Origin: Hyphochytrium catenoides
Lineage: Eukaryota > Protista > Hyphochytriomycota
Assembly (NCBI GenBank): GCA_900088475.1
Contig: FLMG01000261.1
Span: 1 to 64,000, forward strand
Reading direction: 5' to 3'
Length of the DNA stretch: 64,000 nucleotides
In this document: positions 62,757 to 64,000 of the stretch, piece by piece
Numbering within the stretch: position 1 is the stretch's first letter
How the letters are laid out: every line of letters starts with the position of its first letter
Notes under the pieces: model-generated
Seen by the model: the letters and a program-made list of their open reading frames with translations, nothing else
What the model was told of the DNA's origin: nothing
Databases searched by the model: none
Translations under genes and position numbers: made by a program

Positions 62757-64000
62757 ATGGCTTCTTCAATGCAGCAAAAAGCGCTGAAGCTGGCTAAGGT
62801 GGCGATAGAAACGAAGGATTATGAAGAAGCGCTCAAACAATGCCAGTTGGTAGGGCATCCTATACACACGTTTGGGTGAAACATTAATGACATCCACATC
62901 CAGGCCCTTCAGTTCGATGCCAGGAACTTTCATGGCCAGATTTTCAGGGGCGTGGCCAATCTACATTTACGAAAGGTAAAGCACGGACTCGCTATCTGTT
63001 CTATGCACGGCAATAAGATAGTCCTACACAGTTCGAAGATAGCGAAACAGCCTTTCGAATGGCGGCAGAGCTGCAACCGGATAGCCCGCTAGCATGGAAG
63101 GTATGTTACTCTGGAGTCGTCACCGTGATTTCTGCTAGAATCCTCTTGCCCTCATTCGCTCTGACCAAACCAGGGTCTATACGAGTTGGCTACTGCGTCA
63201 GAGAATCTGCAGCTGCAGGTAGAGGCAGCTCTGCGAATGGCTAAGATAACAGCAAGGTACCTACCAGCCATAGGGCACATAGAAAGGGTGCGCATCGAGT
63301 ATGCTTTTGGCGCTAAGTGGGGTTGATCAGCAAGGGCAATCTAAGCAAGTCCCAGACGTTCCGGGTGGCTCTTGCTCAGATATATGCAAGGCTTAACAAA
63401 AGGGAGGAGGTAAATTTGACCGACCCTATCTTTTTATTCTGGTCCCAACAACATGATGGACTGTCTCTCAATGTAGGCCCTTGAGGTATGGGAGGACGTT
63501 CTAAAGACGGGCCTAGAACATCTCCAACAAGATGACGCCGAAATCAGTGAACTGCAGATTCGCATTGAGATTAGCACTCTATTGGTATGGCCGTATGCTG
63601 CATCACGGTTAGTTTCCATCCTCAAACCTGTCGAAATTGTCGCACCTTTTCCAGTTGGAAACTCGACAGGACGAGTCCGAGGCCTTCTGCTCAGCTTTTG
63701 AGGCTTTAGTCGAAAGTGCTTCAACTTCTCCTTCATGCTCCCCTTCACCTGAGTCGCAGCCAAGAGTTGAAAAGTTAGTGAACCATTACATAGCCCTGAA
63801 GCTAGCAGCGGCAGAGAAGGCGTCCAAGAAGAGAGATAAAGTCGCCCACATGCTTCAGCTTCATAGTGTTTCTAGAAATATCACCAAATGGCAGTTTCAG
63901 CTCCAGCTGCCGCTGGAGATGGTTCTATCATCCTATGAGGACGACGGTACCGGTAATCACCCTCAGCTTTTACCTTCAACGCTACTTGCTCCCCCATTAG
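62757..64000 (+). CDS. SKI3: SKI3/TTC37 superkiller-complex TPR protein, 5' part (continues past the window)
   Basis: MASSMQQKALKLAKVAIETKDYEEALKQCQL|ALQFDARNFHGQIFRGVANLHLRK|FEDSETAFRMAAELQPDSPLAWK|GLYEL matches the characteristic N-terminal TPRs of Ski3/TTC37; short GT-AG introns. Confidence 0.8.

Noticed and set aside
1-64000. CRISPR arrays, rRNA, tRNA and major spliceosomal snRNA genes
   Set aside because: No repeat-spacer array or recognisable conserved RNA signature was seen by eye; a covariance-model scan was not possible.

Overview
Gene-dense, intron-rich eukaryotic nuclear DNA, probably from a flagellated stramenopile (inferred from the Rab5 sequence and an axonemal dynein). The assembly has several N gaps. 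About 15 protein-coding genes can be reconstructed from GT-AG exon chains: an unknown partial gene, a calcineurin-B-like EF-hand protein, a TPR + Aha1-N co-chaperone, a DDHD phospholipase, an RPA34-like protein, an acidic hypothetical protein, a mitochondrial-type malic enzyme, YIF1, a coiled-coil protein, a spastin-like AAA ATPase, METTL4-like MT-A70, a second EF-hand protein, Rab5, an inner-arm dynein heavy chain and a partial SKI3/TTC37. Genes nearly alternate in strand, and several divergent pairs share an (AG)n / AT-rich core / (CT)n promoter layout. A decayed Ty3/Gypsy LTR retrotransposon (17794-24544) sits inside one such promoter. It carries at least four antisense patches that pair with its own sense sequence; in the RT patch the differences are mostly synonymous, which suggests capture from a sister element. 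This makes it a candidate hairpin/small-RNA TE-silencing locus. A second fold-back (8131-8810) mirrors the leader of the co-chaperone gene and points to an unannotated plus-strand transcript. Gene boundaries were read by eye and are approximate.
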